From Desulfobacterales bacterium (GTDB taxonomy: Bacteria > Desulfobacterota > Desulfobacteria > Desulfobacterales > UBA2245), in the NCBI GenBank assembly GCA_040771865.1, contig JAXGZF010000003.1, positions 186,001 to 250,000 on the forward strand: a stretch of DNA of 64,000 bases. The letters are read 5' to 3'. The position numbers and the translations under genes are program-made. Within the stretch, counting starts at the first letter, position 1; each line of letters opens with the position of its first letter. Of the stretch, positions 45,490-56,685 are shown one piece after another. Below the pieces are notes generated by a model, which ran no database searches, was not told the origin of the DNA, and saw only the letters and a program-made list of their open reading frames with translations.

Positions 45490-48153
45490 ATGAATTCCGG
45501 TACGATCGATAAAGGCTACGAACCCCGCAGCGTTGAAGCCCGGTGGTATGCGTTCTGGGAAAAGCAGGGGCTGTTTGCGGCGCAGGAGAAAAGCGATAAA
45601 CCAGGGTATTCCATTGTGATTCCCCCGCCGAATGTAACGGGGGTGCTGCATATGGGGCATGCCCTGAACGTGACGTTGCAGGATATTTTATGCCGGTACC
45701 GAAGACTGCAGGGGGACAGCGTGCTGTGGATGCCGGGCACGGATCATGCCGGCATTGCCACCCAGAACGTGGTGGAAAGGAAACTGGCCGAGCAGGGACT
45801 CAGCCGCCATTCGATCGGACGTGAAAAGTTTATCGAAGCCGTCTGGAAATGGCGGGAAGAATACGGCAGCGCGATCATCAATCAGCTCAAGCGCCTGGGC
45901 GCCTCCTGCGATTGGGACAGGGAACGTTTCACCATGGATGAGGGGCTGAGCCGGGCGGTGCGCAAGGTTTTTGTTCAGCTTTACGAGGAAGGCCTGATCT
46001 ACCGGGGCCGGTACATCATCAACTGGTGTCCGCGATGCCGTACGGCACTGGCCGATCTTGAGGTGGAACACGAAGATCTGGACGGCTGTCTGTATCATGT
46101 TCTGTATCCCTTTGCCGAAGGAACCGGCGGCATTGTGGTGGCGACCACCCGCCCGGAAACCATGCTGGGGGATACGGCCGTGGCGATCCATCCGGAAGAT
46201 CCCCGATATGCGAACCTGGTCTGCACCGAGGTCATCCTGCCCCTGGTGGATAAAAAAATTCCCGTCATCAAGGATCCTTACGTGGATATGACTTTTGGGA
46301 CCGGCGGTCTCAAGGTTACTCCGGCTCATGATCCCAATGACTTTGAGATCGCCGCTCGTCATCACCTTCCGATTGTGAAGGTCATCGGGGATGACGGAAC
46401 CATGACATCCGACGCTGGGCGCTTTGAAGGCATGGATCGGTTTGAGTGTCGAAAGGCGGTGCTTGAAGCGCTCAAGGAACAGGAATTGCTGATTCAGATC
46501 GAGCCTTACCGCCACGGCGTGGGCCATTGCTACCGCTGCAAAACCGTCGTGGAGCCGAATCTGTCCAATCAGTGGTTTGTGAAAGTCAAACCGCTTGCCG
46601 AAAAAGCGATCCAGGCGGTTGAGGACGGCCGGACCCGGATTATTCCAGATACCTGGGCCAATACCTATTTTGACTGGATGCGCAATATTCGGGACTGGTG
46701 TATTTCCCGTCAGATCTGGTGGGGGCATCAGATTCCGGTCTGGACCTGTCTGGATTGCGATGAGTTGATCGCTTCGGTGGAGGCGCCGGAAGCCTGCCCG
46801 ACCTGCCAGAGCGTCAACCTCGAGCAGGAAACCGACGTTCTGGATACCTGGTTCAGCTCGGCTCTGTGGCCCTTTTCCACCATGGGATGGCCGGATCAAA
46901 CTCCGCTTCTGGAAAAATTTTATCCTACCTCTGTTCTGGTGACCGCATTCGACATCCTGTTTTTCTGGGTGGCCCGAATGATGATGATGGGGCTTCATTT
47001 CATGGATGACGTGCCCTTCCGGGACGTGTACATTCATGCCCTGGTCCGGGATGAAGAGGGCAAGAAGATGAGCAAGTCCAAGGGCAACGTCATTGATCCG
47101 CTGACCATCATCGATGCCTATGGAACGGATGCGTTCCGGTTCACGCTGGCCGCCTTTGCCGCTCAGGGACGGGATATCAAGATGTCCGAAAAACGGGTGG
47201 ACGGATACCGGCACTTTATCAACAAACTCTGGAATGCGGCCCGTTTTTCGCTGATGCATCTCGACAGGGGTCGCTCGGTGATTCCAAGTGAAAATCTTTC
47301 CCTGGCCGATCAGTGGATTCTCGTCCGGCTTCAGGGCGTCAAACAGGCCGTGGCCGAGGCTCTGGATGCCTACCGTTTCAATGATGCGGCGGGTGCTTTA
47401 TACCAGTTTGTATGGCATGAGTTCTGCGACTGGTACCTGGAAGCCATCAAGCCGGCGCTTTATGGAAAACTCGGCGATCCAAATAAGGAGGCATCCCTGA
47501 GCGTGCTCTGGTTTGTGCTCAGAGATACGCTGATTCTGCTGCATCCTTTTGTTCCCTTTGTGACTGAGGAGATATGGCACAAGCTTCCGGGCGCCGAAGG
47601 CTCGATCATGAAACAGTCCTGGCCTGAAATGAATCTTCCCTTTGACGACCAAACCGCCCGCGATGCCGAATCTACGATGAACCTGGTTTTCGAAGTGATT
47701 ACCGCCATTCGAAATGTTCGGGGCGAAATGAATATTTCACCTTCCGTGGCCCTGTCCGTTGTGGTTCAGTCCGAAGAGGGCAGGGTTCTGGAAAAGCTTC
47801 TGGATAATCAGACGGAGATTGTCGACCTGGCCAGGCTTTCCGCCTTTTCGGCCCAGAAGCCGGTTTTGCGGCCCAAGGCTGCGGCGACGGCCATTGTTCA
47901 AGACGCCACGGTTTTCGTTCTTCTGGAGGGCATCATTGATTTTGCCAAGGAGGCCGGTCGGCTGGAAAAGGAAATCGACAAACTGGCTGCTGAACTTTCT
48001 GGCGTTTCAAAGAAGCTGCACAATGAGGATTTTCTGAACAAGGCGCCGGCTGATGTGGTGGAAAAGGTGGCCGTAAAACATAAGGAATTGATTGAAAAAC
48101 AGGGAAAACTGCAGGCGCATCTGGATAGAATCCGTTCCATGATCGAGCCCTGA
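45490..48153 (+). CDS. valS: Valine--tRNA ligase
   Basis: PPPNVTGVLHMGH, DWCISRQ, DTWFSS, KMSKS, coiled-coil tail. Confidence 0.98.
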   Translation: MNSGTIDKGYEPRSVEARWYAFWEKQGLFAAQEKSDKPGYSIVIPPPNVTGVLHMGHALNVTLQDILCRYRRLQGDSVLWMPGTDHAGIATQNVVERKLAEQGLSRHSIGREKFIEAVWKWREEYGSAIINQLKRLGASCDWDRERFTMDEGLSRAVRKVFVQLYEEGLIYRGRYIINWCPRCRTALADLEVEHEDLDGCLYHVLYPFAEGTGGIVVATTRPETMLGDTAVAIHPEDPRYANLVCTEVILPLVDKKIPVIKDPYVDMTFGTGGLKVTPAHDPNDFEIAARHHLPIVKVIGDDGTMTSDAGRFEGMDRFECRKAVLEALKEQELLIQIEPYRHGVGHCYRCKTVVEPNLSNQWFVKVKPLAEKAIQAVEDGRTRIIPDTWANTYFDWMRNIRDWCISRQIWWGHQIPVWTCLDCDELIASVEAPEACPTCQSVNLEQETDVLDTWFSSALWPFSTMGWPDQTPLLEKFYPTSVLVTAFDILFFWVARMMMMGLHFMDDVPFRDVYIHALVRDEEGKKMSKSKGNVIDPLTIIDAYGTDAFRFTLAAFAAQGRDIKMSEKRVDGYRHFINKLWNAARFSLMHLDRGRSVIPSENLSLADQWILVRLQGVKQAVAEALDAYRFNDAAGALYQFVWHEFCDWYLEAIKPALYGKLGDPNKEASLSVLWFVLRDTLILLHPFVPFVTEEIWHKLPGAEGSIMKQSWPEMNLPFDDQTARDAESTMNLVFEVITAIRNVRGEMNISPSVALSVVVQSEEGRVLEKLLDNQTEIVDLARLSAFSAQKPVLRPKAAATAIVQDATVFVLLEGIIDFAKEAGRLEKEIDKLAAELSGVSKKLHNEDFLNKAPADVVEKVAVKHKELIEKQGKLQAHLDRIRSMIEP

Positions 48154-48211
48154 AGGCCGGCGGGCAATGGCGGGATTGCACATGAAAGATCAACCAAAAC
48201 GTGAAACTTCT

Positions 48212-49057
48212 ATGCCTTTATTCATGCACGGCATCGATCCGCTGATTCATCTGGCGTTGAGCGAGGACATCGGCGCCGGAGATATTACGACAGGCCCTCT
48301 GGTTTCACCGACGCTTCGGGGAAAGGCGGTCATCATTGCCAAGGAGTCACTGGTGGTTGCAGGCCTGGATGTGTCCTGCCGCGTATTTCAAACGCTGGAT
48401 CCGGAAACGGATTTCAGACCCTGTTGCTGCGACGGGGACCGGGTGTCTCCTGCCGATGTGGTTGTGGAACTCAATGGCCGAATGACCACCCTGCTGACCG
48501 GGGAGCGCACGGCCTTGAATTTTCTTCAGCGAATGTCCGGAGTCGCCACCCATGTATGTTCCTATGCGGATGCGCTGAAAGGAAGCCGGGTCCGTCTGGT
48601 CGACACCCGGAAAACCACGCCGGGATGGCGGGCTCTTGAAAAATACGCAGTCCGCATCGGAGGGGGGTACAATCACCGGGGCGGCCTTTTTGACGGAGTG
48701 CTGATCAAGGATAATCATATTGCCGCCTGCGGGGGCATTGAGGCGGCGGTTTCCAGAATTCGCAATCATTTGTCGCACCTGGTCAAGATTGAGGTCGAGA
48801 CGTCCACCCTGGAGGAGGTAAGGCAGGCGCTTGCTTCCGGAGTCGATGTGATCATGCTCGACAACATGAACATCGATCAGATCCGCCAGGCGGTGGCGAT
48901 CATCGCCGGCAAAGCGGTGGTAGAGGTTTCCGGAGGAATCACCAGAGAAAACCTGGATGCCATGGCTCGAACCGGAGTGGATGTCATTTCCGTCGGTGCC
49001 CTGACCCATTCGGCGCGCGCGGTGGATCTGAGCATGAAAATCTATCCTCCCGAATAA
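48212..49057 (+). CDS. nadC: Quinolinate phosphoribosyltransferase
   Basis: EDIGAGDIT, ERTALN, DTRKTTPG, NHR, LIKDNH, IMLDNM, SGGI, GALTHS; start uncertain. Confidence 0.96.
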   Translation: MPLFMHGIDPLIHLALSEDIGAGDITTGPLVSPTLRGKAVIIAKESLVVAGLDVSCRVFQTLDPETDFRPCCCDGDRVSPADVVVELNGRMTTLLTGERTALNFLQRMSGVATHVCSYADALKGSRVRLVDTRKTTPGWRALEKYAVRIGGGYNHRGGLFDGVLIKDNHIAACGGIEAAVSRIRNHLSHLVKIEVETSTLEEVRQALASGVDVIMLDNMNIDQIRQAVAIIAGKAVVEVSGGITRENLDAMARTGVDVISVGALTHSARAVDLSMKIYPPE

Positions 49058-49069
49058 GCGCATTCGCTC

Positions 49070-50065
49070 ATGATTCCGATTCGGGATACGACGCCTTCCA
49101 GAAGTTATCCGGTGGTCAACATCATGATCATCGGCGTAAACGTGAGCGTTTTTATAGTGCAATTGGCTCAGGGGCCGGGGCTGGATTATTTTCTGTACAC
49201 CTACGGCCTGGTTCCGGCCCGATACAGCCAGCCGCAGATTTCCTTTCACTTCTCTTGGCTTCAGCAGGTTTTCGCGCTGATCAGCTTCATGTTCCTTCAC
49301 GGCGGATTCTGGCATCTGCTGGGCAATATGTGGTCTCTGTTCATCTTCGGCGACAACGTGGAAGACCGGCTTGGGCCGCTTCGGTACCTTGTCTTTTATA
49401 TGCTCTGCGGATTGACTTCCGGCCTCACTCATCTGGTTTTGAATCTGCATTCCAATCTGCCCACCATCGGCGCCAGCGGAGCGATTGCGGGGGTTATGGG
49501 CGCGTATTTTGTTCTTTATCCAAGAGCCCGCATATTGACCCTGATACCGATTTTTTTCATTCCCTATTTTATAGAGATACCGGCCTTTTTCTTTTTGGGA
49601 CTCTGGTTTCTTCTCCAGTTCTTCAATGCGGCGGCGACCTCAGCGGACATGAGCGGAATCGCCTGGTGGGCCCATATCGGCGGGTTTGTCTTTGGAATTC
49701 TCTTTCTCAAGCTCTTCATGGCGTTTCCGGCCGAACCCGGCCGGTTGCAAAGGATGACGGAAAAGAAAGGCACCAGGCGGTTGCAGGTGATTCGGCCTGT
49801 CGGGCCGGGACCGGATCCGAATTTATATGCGGTCATTTCGGTATCCCCCCATGAGGCCGCCGCCGGCGTCCGCAAGCTGGTCGATATTCCCTGGGGCTTT
49901 CACAGCCGAATGTTTCATGTGCATATTCCGCCGGGTATCCGGCAGGGAAATATACTCCGGCTGAAGGGCATGGGCAAGGCGCTTTCCGACGGCCAAAGGG
50001 GCGATCTGTTGCTCAAGGTCACGATCGCCGGAACGGATGGTCAGGGAAATGCAGGCGGGAATTAA
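49070..50065 (+). CDS. Rhomboid intramembrane serine protease with C-terminal DnaJ-CTD-like domain
   Basis: FLHGGFWHLLGNM, GASG, AHIGG; tail IPPGIRQGNILRLKGMG...GDLLLKV. Confidence 0.9.
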   Translation: MIPIRDTTPSRSYPVVNIMIIGVNVSVFIVQLAQGPGLDYFLYTYGLVPARYSQPQISFHFSWLQQVFALISFMFLHGGFWHLLGNMWSLFIFGDNVEDRLGPLRYLVFYMLCGLTSGLTHLVLNLHSNLPTIGASGAIAGVMGAYFVLYPRARILTLIPIFFIPYFIEIPAFFFLGLWFLLQFFNAAATSADMSGIAWWAHIGGFVFGILFLKLFMAFPAEPGRLQRMTEKKGTRRLQVIRPVGPGPDPNLYAVISVSPHEAAAGVRKLVDIPWGFHSRMFHVHIPPGIRQGNILRLKGMGKALSDGQRGDLLLKVTIAGTDGQGNAGGN

Positions 50066-50208
50066 CAGGGTGTTGAAAAACAAGAATCAGGCCGTCAGGC
50101 AAGGCGCGCGGCGATGCGCTAAGCGAAGCACATTCAAGCATGTGTGAGCATTGGCGAGAGCCGCGCAACGCTGAATGGCGGCCTCAGGCGCAGTTTTTCA
50201 ACAGCCTG
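50066..50208. mobile_element. MITE with 15-bp terminal inverted repeats and TTAA flanks
   Basis: TTAA|CAGGGTGTTGAAAAA ... TTTTTCAACAGCCTG|TTAA; 143 bp, non-coding. Confidence 0.8.
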
Positions 50209-51126
50209 TTAAGAAATTTTGGACCAAGGCGGCAGAACGGTTACCCGATTCCGGCCCCCCTGCTTGGACATATACATGGCCCGGTCCGCGCGCTGGATAA
50301 AATCGGTGAGATTTTCCTGGGGCACATACTCGGTAACGCCTCCGCTGACGGTAATCGAGGCGGTTTTTCCGGAATCGGTGAAAAACCGTTGTTCCGACAT
50401 GGCGTGTTGAATGCGGACGGCGACGGATTCAGCAGCTGATACGTCGGTTTCGGGCAGAATCAGGGTAAATTCCTCGCCGCCGTAACGATAGCCCGAGTCG
50501 GCGGATCGAAGATGCCCTTTGATGATTTTTCCAAAACGGATCAGCACCCGGTTTCCCTCCTCGTGGCCGTAGGTGTCGTTATATATTTTAAAGTGATCCA
50601 GATCGAACATGACCAGAGCCAGATCCCGTTCATATCGAACGGCGCGGTCCGCTTCCGCAGCCAGCTGGCCGAAAAAATGCCGTGAATTGTAAAGCCCGGT
50701 CAGGTCATCCGTAATGGCCAGCTGACGAAGTCTGTCGACCATCAAACGGCACTCGCGGGCCATATCGCGCTCCCGAAGCACGCGCTTGAGCCGCAAAGCC
50801 AGTTCTTCAAGACGAACCGGTTTGAAGATGAAATCGCTGGCGCCCATATGGACCGCCTGAGTATAGGAATAGGTCTGTGAATATCCGGTCATCACGATGA
50901 CCTCGGCATCATGGTCGGCCTTGATCAGCGAGGTTAATTCCAATCCGCTGATACCCGGAAGCACGATGTCGGTGATGACGGCGTCCACGGGTTCGGTTTT
51001 GAGAAGTTCGGCCGCTCTTTCCCCGCTGTCTGCGGTGAAACATGTATAGCCGGCCATTTCAAGATAGGTTTGAATCGGTTCGCGGATACTTTTTTCGTCA
51101 TCGACAATGAGAACGCGCTGCGCCAT
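50209..51126 (-). CDS. Response-regulator diguanylate cyclase (REC-GGDEF)
   Basis: LIVDDE, TDIVLPG, FIFKP; DLTGLYN, DLDHFK, RYGGEEF. Confidence 0.95.
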   Translation of the reverse strand: MAQRVLIVDDEKSIREPIQTYLEMAGYTCFTADSGERAAELLKTEPVDAVITDIVLPGISGLELTSLIKADHDAEVIVMTGYSQTYSYTQAVHMGASDFIFKPVRLEELALRLKRVLRERDMARECRLMVDRLRQLAITDDLTGLYNSRHFFGQLAAEADRAVRYERDLALVMFDLDHFKIYNDTYGHEEGNRVLIRFGKIIKGHLRSADSGYRYGGEEFTLILPETDVSAAESVAVRIQHAMSEQRFFTDSGKTASITVSGGVTEYVPQENLTDFIQRADRAMYMSKQGGRNRVTVLPPWSKIS

Positions 51127-51345
51127 TTTTGATTGTCCGGCGACCGTTTTTTGATTATAGTTTCATTCTCGGGAATGAACCCGTTTCGAAAGTGATTTCG
51201 AACAGCAGTTCAAACCGATATCGCTTACTGTTTAACCGCTGGCAGCAAGGCTGTCAACGAAGTTTTCAGAGGCACTTAACTGTCCGGAATGATCCATGAC
51301 GGGATGATTCAGGACTTCTATCAGATACAATCAGAATGCAGCGCA

Positions 51346-53142
51346 ATGGAAAATATTCGAAACTTCAGCATTATCGCGCATATTGATCACGGAAAATCAA
51401 CCCTGTCGGACCGTCTGATTCAGAAAGCGGGTATTATCTCCGACCGCGATTTCAAAGACCAGATTCTCGATACCATGGAAATAGAACGGGAGCGCGGAAT
51501 CACCATCAAAAGCCAGACCGTGTGCATTCCCTATACGGCCCTCGATGGACAGACCTATCATCTGAACCTGATCGATACGCCGGGGCATGTGGATTTTACC
51601 TACGAGGTCTCCCGCGCCCTTGCCTCCTGCGAGGGCGCCCTTCTGCTGATAGACGCCAGCCAGGGCGTGGAAGCACAGACTCTGGCCAATCTGTACCTGG
51701 CCATGGAGCACAACCTGGAAATCATTCCGGTGATCAACAAGATCGACCTGCCTTCAGCGGACATCGACCGGGTGAAGGCGCAAATCGAGGAGGACCTGGG
51801 GCTTGACCCGGAATCTGCGATTCTGGCTTCGGCCAAGGCCGGTCTGGGCATTGATGATGTTCTGGAGGCGATCGTTCAGAAACTCCCGCCGCCTGCCGGG
51901 GACCCAAAGGCGCCGTTGAAAGCTCTGATTTTTGATTCTCATTACGATGCGTTCCGGGGAACCATCGTGCATTTTCGCATCTTCGAGGGAACCATCAAGC
52001 CCGGAGACATCATCTCCTTCATGTCCAACCAAGCGGCCTACAAGGTCGAGGAGGTGGGCGTATTTCAGATTCAGCGGATTCCTCGAAAGCAGCTGACCGC
52101 CGGCGAGGTCGGGTACATGATTGCCGGAATCAAGACGGTCAGCGACACCCGGTGCGGCGATACGGTCACGCACAAATCCCGGCCCTGCGTTGCTGCCCTG
52201 CCGGGATTCCGTGAGGCCAAACCCGTTGTTTTCTCATCGATTTATCCGGTGGCCTCGGATGGATACGAGGAACTGGCCGTTGCCATCGAAAAGCTCAAAC
52301 TCAACGATTCGGCCCTGGTTTATGAGAAGGACTCCTCCGTGGCCCTGGGATTCGGATTTCGATGCGGCTTTCTGGGTCTGCTGCATCTCGAGGTGGTTCA
52401 GGAACGCCTGGAGCGCGAATACGATCTCTCTCTGATTCTGACCGCGCCTTCGGTCCGGTATCAGCTCGTCATGAACGACGGATCCAGAATGGTGATCGAC
52501 AATCCGGCTCTGTATCCGGATCCAACGACCATCGATCATGCGCTCGAACCCTTTATCAAGGCCACCATCATTGTGCCCGACCGGTATATGGGAGTGGTGA
52601 TGAAACTGTGCCTGGACCGGCGCGGAATCAACCGCAATTACCAGTATCTGACCAGCAACCGCCTGGAAATGGTTTTTGAACTTCCTCTGGCCGAGGTGAT
52701 CTACGATTTTTACGACAAGCTCAAATCCGTGACCCAGGGCTACGGCTCTTTTGACTACGAACTCATCGACTACCGGGAAACCGATCTGGTCAAACTCGAT
52801 ATTCTGATCAACGGAGAGCGGGTGGATGCGCTCTCACAGCTGATTCACAAGGATCGGGCCGTGGAACGGGGCCGGTCGGCCTGCGAGAAGCTCAAGGACG
52901 AGATTCCCAGGCAGATGTTTAAAATCGCCATTCAGGGCGCCATCGGCGCCAAGATCATTTCGCGTTCCACGATCTCGCCTTTCAGGAAGGACGTGACTGC
53001 CAAATGCTACGGCGGCGATATCACTCGAAAACGTAAGCTTCTGGAAAAGCAGAAGCAAGGCAAGAAGCGGATGAAAATGGTCGGTCAGGTCATGATTCCG
53101 CAGTCAGCCTTTCTTTCGGTGCTGAGAACCGATCAGGATTAA
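51346..53142 (+). CDS. lepA: Elongation factor 4 (LepA)
   Basis: [50 protein letters not shown]. Confidence 0.98.
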   Translation: MENIRNFSIIAHIDHGKSTLSDRLIQKAGIISDRDFKDQILDTMEIERERGITIKSQTVCIPYTALDGQTYHLNLIDTPGHVDFTYEVSRALASCEGALLLIDASQGVEAQTLANLYLAMEHNLEIIPVINKIDLPSADIDRVKAQIEEDLGLDPESAILASAKAGLGIDDVLEAIVQKLPPPAGDPKAPLKALIFDSHYDAFRGTIVHFRIFEGTIKPGDIISFMSNQAAYKVEEVGVFQIQRIPRKQLTAGEVGYMIAGIKTVSDTRCGDTVTHKSRPCVAALPGFREAKPVVFSSIYPVASDGYEELAVAIEKLKLNDSALVYEKDSSVALGFGFRCGFLGLLHLEVVQERLEREYDLSLILTAPSVRYQLVMNDGSRMVIDNPALYPDPTTIDHALEPFIKATIIVPDRYMGVVMKLCLDRRGINRNYQYLTSNRLEMVFELPLAEVIYDFYDKLKSVTQGYGSFDYELIDYRETDLVKLDILINGERVDALSQLIHKDRAVERGRSACEKLKDEIPRQMFKIAIQGAIGAKIISRSTISPFRKDVTAKCYGGDITRKRKLLEKQKQGKKRMKMVGQVMIPQSAFLSVLRTDQD

Positions 53143-53196
53143 TGAAAAAGGTTTTGCGCCTCGGCGTAGAATCCGCAGAGGGGACAGAGGTATTGC

Positions 53197-54489
53197 ATGG
53201 GAAGAACCATTGCCGAAAAAATTTTTGATTTTCACCGCGTCGATGCGCCGTCTGATGAAATTCAGGTCATTCGGCTCGATGCGGTCTTCTGCCATGAAAT
53301 CACGACCCCGACGGCCATTCTGGATCTGGTGAGCCGGGAAAAGGACCGGGTGTTTGATTCATCCAGAATCAAGGCGGTCATCGATCACGTCACCCCGGCC
53401 AAAGATTCAAAAACCGCCTTGCAGGGGAAGATCCTGCGAGACTGGGCGAGAAGGCACGACATCAAGGACTTCTTTGATATCGGCCGAAACGGCGTGTGCC
53501 ATGCAATTTTTCCGGAAAAGGGATTTGTCCGCCCCGGTTATACGATCATCATGGGAGACTCGCACACCTGCACGCACGGAGCTTTTGGGGCTTTTGCCGC
53601 CGGCGTGGGCACCACCGATCTGGAGGTGGGCATTTTAAAGGGCGTCTGCGCCTTTCACACACCCAGAACGATCCGGATCAACATCGTCGGCCGACTGCCG
53701 TCCGGGGTCTATTCCAAGGACGTTATTCTTTCCATCATTCAGCGCCTGGGGGTCAACGGCGCCACCAACCGGGTGATCGAGTTCGACGGTCCGGCGGTGC
53801 AGGCCATGAGCATGGAAGGTCGAATGACCCTGTGCAACATGGCTGTTGAGGCCGGCGCAACCTGCGGCATCTGCCGGCCGGATGAAACCACGGTGGCGTA
53901 TCTCTGGGAATTCATCAAAAATGAGTTCGAAAGCCCCCAGGCGGCGCTTGAGGCATTCAGGGCGTTCTGCCCGGATGCGGATGCCCTTTACGAGACTGTG
54001 ATCACGCATGACGTGTCCGAACTGGAGCCCCTGACCACCTTCGGATACAAGCCGGATCAGGTCAAAACGGTCCGGGAAATGCAGGGCGTGCCGATCGATC
54101 AGGCGTATATCGGCTCCTGCACCAACGGCCGCCTGGAGGATCTGCGAGCTGCGGCCGACGTGCTGCGGGGCAGAAAAATCAGCGACCGGGTTCGCGGCAT
54201 CGTCTCTCCGGCCACTCCGGACATCTTTCGGAAGGCCATGAATGAGGGCATTCTGGAGGTGTTTATGCAGGCCGGATTCTGCGTGACCAATCCCACCTGC
54301 GGTGCCTGTCTGGGAATGAGCAACGGGGTTCTGGCCGAAGGAGAGGTCTGCGCCTCGACCACCAACCGGAATTTTAACGGACGAATGGGCAGGGGCGGCA
54401 TGGTTCACCTGATGAGTCCGGCTACCGCGGCGGCCTCCGCTGTTGCCGGCTTTATTGCGAATTCACCATTATACAAATCTCGAGCTTGA
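53197..54489 (+). CDS. leuC: 3-isopropylmalate dehydratase large subunit (LeuC/HacA type)
   Basis: HE, DH, GDSHTCTHGA, IGSCTNGR, CGACLG, TNRNF. Confidence 0.92.
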   Translation: MGRTIAEKIFDFHRVDAPSDEIQVIRLDAVFCHEITTPTAILDLVSREKDRVFDSSRIKAVIDHVTPAKDSKTALQGKILRDWARRHDIKDFFDIGRNGVCHAIFPEKGFVRPGYTIIMGDSHTCTHGAFGAFAAGVGTTDLEVGILKGVCAFHTPRTIRINIVGRLPSGVYSKDVILSIIQRLGVNGATNRVIEFDGPAVQAMSMEGRMTLCNMAVEAGATCGICRPDETTVAYLWEFIKNEFESPQAALEAFRAFCPDADALYETVITHDVSELEPLTTFGYKPDQVKTVREMQGVPIDQAYIGSCTNGRLEDLRAAADVLRGRKISDRVRGIVSPATPDIFRKAMNEGILEVFMQAGFCVTNPTCGACLGMSNGVLAEGEVCASTTNRNFNGRMGRGGMVHLMSPATAAASAVAGFIANSPLYKSRA

Positions 54490-54508
54490 GATATTTGAAG
54501 GGGCGATC

Positions 54509-55033
54509 ATGAAAGCGTTCGGCGGCAAAATTCTGTTTCTGAACCGGTCCGATATCAACACCGACGAGATCATTCCGGCAAAATACCTGACCGATATCTC
54601 CAAAGAGATATTGAAGCCCTATCTTTTTGAGGATTTGAAGATCGAGGAGTTCAACCCCAAAACCGATCTTCAGAACGTCGGCGTCATTGTGACCCGCGCC
54701 AATTTCGGCTGTGGCTCTTCCCGGGAACATGCTCCCTGGGCGCTGGAAGTCAACGGAATTCATCTGGTGATCGCTCAGAGCTTTGCGCGGATCTTCCGGC
54801 AGAACATGTTCAACTGCGGCATGATGGCCGTCGAGCTGCCCGCGCCTACGATCGACCACCTGTTCGATGCTTATTCAGCATCCGGCGCCAGTCTGCAGAC
54901 CGACTGGGGAAACCGTCGTTTTCTGATTCAAGGCAAGGCCGGCATTGAAAAGATCGCCTTTACGGTCTCGAAGTTCGACCAGTCTCTGGTCGAAGCCGGA
55001 GGATGGGTGGAATATGCGGATGCGAATTACTGA
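54509..55033 (+). CDS. leuD: 3-isopropylmalate dehydratase small subunit
   Basis: DINTDEIIPAKYL, NFGCGSSREHA, SFARIF. Confidence 0.93.
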   Translation: MKAFGGKILFLNRSDINTDEIIPAKYLTDISKEILKPYLFEDLKIEEFNPKTDLQNVGVIVTRANFGCGSSREHAPWALEVNGIHLVIAQSFARIFRQNMFNCGMMAVELPAPTIDHLFDAYSASGASLQTDWGNRRFLIQGKAGIEKIAFTVSKFDQSLVEAGGWVEYADANY

Positions 55034-55184
55034 CGGCTTCGTAAAAAGTCCAATTTCTGCGTTGCGCTGCATCCCCCGTCATTGAGACGTACGCTGAGTG
55101 CGCCTCGTTCCTCGGGATTTGCGACGCCTTGAACTTGGACTTTTTACTTTACCATCAAAATTTTGACTTTTTATGAGACCTTCA
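55031..55184. repeat. MITE-like palindromic intergenic repeat
   Basis: TGACGGCTTCGTAAAAAGTC ... GACTTTTTACTTTACCATCA (55138-55157) and GACTTTTTATGAGACCTTCA (55165-55184). Confidence 0.78.
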
Positions 55185-55185
55185 A

Positions 55186-55962
55186 CTACTGACCGGAAGC
55201 AGGATCGTTTTTAACCGCCTTCAGTCCGTCCTGATAGCATTTGCCGGCGTACCAGTTCATTTGCCGGCATATGCCCCGGATGATTCTGACCTCCCTGGCC
55301 CGTAACGGAAGCCGGTTGAAAAATTTTCTCATAAGGTTCATCCAGTAGTCCGGATTTTCCCGGTTGATGAAGTCGATTCTCACCAGAATATCCTTCAACT
55401 GTTCATACATCCCTTCCAGCTCATGGCGGCTGGCAAGGCGGGGAACGAAGGAGGTTTCGGCTTGCGGAAGGCTGGCGCAAAAAACCTCGTAACAGATGAC
55501 CATGACGGCCTGAGCCAGATTCAGCGAGGAAAATTGCGCGGTGGGAATGTTGACCAGCAGGTGGCACAGCCTCAGATCCTCGTTGGAAAGCCCCCGGTCT
55601 TCGGGTCCGAAGACAAGTGCAACCGGATTGCTTTGGGAGACGGAAACGAGTTTCCGGGCCATCTGGAAAGGAGAGGCCAGGGCCTGCCGGTTTTCGCCCA
55701 GCCGGGCCGAGGTTCCCACGATATACCCGAACGGGGCCAGAGCCTCTTTCAGATCGGAATACACCCGGATCTTCTCAACGACAGGCAAAGCCGCATGGGT
55801 CGCCATTTTTTCGACCTTTGAAAGATCGAAGTTTTCCGGACTGACCACGAGCAGATCCTTCATGCCCATATTCCGGACAACCCGGGCTGAAGCCCCGATA
55901 TTTTCTGAATATCGGGGCTTTTGCAGTACGACGGAGATGTTGTCAAGCCGGACGGCGTTCAT
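55186..55962 (-). CDS. TrmJ/LasT family SPOUT RNA methyltransferase
   Basis: [32 protein letters not shown]. Confidence 0.92.
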   Translation of the reverse strand: MNAVRLDNISVVLQKPRYSENIGASARVVRNMGMKDLLVVSPENFDLSKVEKMATHAALPVVEKIRVYSDLKEALAPFGYIVGTSARLGENRQALASPFQMARKLVSVSQSNPVALVFGPEDRGLSNEDLRLCHLLVNIPTAQFSSLNLAQAVMVICYEVFCASLPQAETSFVPRLASRHELEGMYEQLKDILVRIDFINRENPDYWMNLMRKFFNRLPLRAREVRIIRGICRQMNWYAGKCYQDGLKAVKNDPASGQ

Positions 55963-56375
55963 CCGACCATTTCAAAGCTGTTGAAGAAATAACCGATTTC
56001 AAAGGCCGCGGTATCCGGGCCGTCGGATCCGTGCACCACGTTTTTCTCGATGTCCGTGGCAAACTCCTTTCGAATGGTCCCTTCCTCCGCCTTCTTGTAG
56101 TCGGTTGCGCCCATCAGCTTCCGGTACCGGGCGATGACGTCCTCGCCTTCCAGCACCATGACCACCACCGGGCCGGAGGTCATGAAATCAATCAGGCTTT
56201 CGAAAAAAGGGCGCTCCTTGTGAACGGCGTAGAAGCCTTGGGCCTGGCGTCGCGTCATGTGAATCATCTTCATGGCGATGATTTTCAGGCCGTTTTTCTC
56301 CAGCCGCCGGACCACCTCTCCGATCAGTCCCCGGCCGACGCCGTCGGGTTTGATGATAGAAAGCGTTCGTTGCAT
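55959..56375 (-). CDS. ndk: Nucleoside diphosphate kinase
   Basis: [33 protein letters not shown]. Confidence 0.97.
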   Translation of the reverse strand: MQRTLSIIKPDGVGRGLIGEVVRRLEKNGLKIIAMKMIHMTRRQAQGFYAVHKERPFFESLIDFMTSGPVVVMVLEGEDVIARYRKLMGATDYKKAEEGTIRKEFATDIEKNVVHGSDGPDTAAFEIGYFFNSFEMVG

Positions 56376-56685
56376 TTTACTTTTCCTTTCAAATGGTTTT
56401 ATTTTCAGGGAGCAATACCAGAAGCGCCCTTGCAAGTCAATCCGTGTGCAGGGCAATCGCATATTTTTATTAGGAGTTTTGGGCTTTTCACCGGTCTTGA
56501 CTGGCCCGGGGCCATGCCGTTTTTCCCGGCCTCTGACCTGTGGATCGCGATCTTTATCCGAACAGGGCAGCAGTTCAATGCGAAATTATTGACAAAGCAA
56601 GGCGTGATTGGTAGACACAAAAAACGGTGAAGGCGCGTAACTGTAATTTTGGACAGGTAAATTTCCGGAAAGGACTGAAACTGTT

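Noticed and set aside
45688..47259. 523-aa minus-strand ORF, and similar long antisense ORFs at 9900-11045, 12980-14230, 25417-26631, 32665-33798, 33869-35149 and 36352-37629
   Set aside because: Each lies opposite a well-supported gene and lacks recognisable domains.
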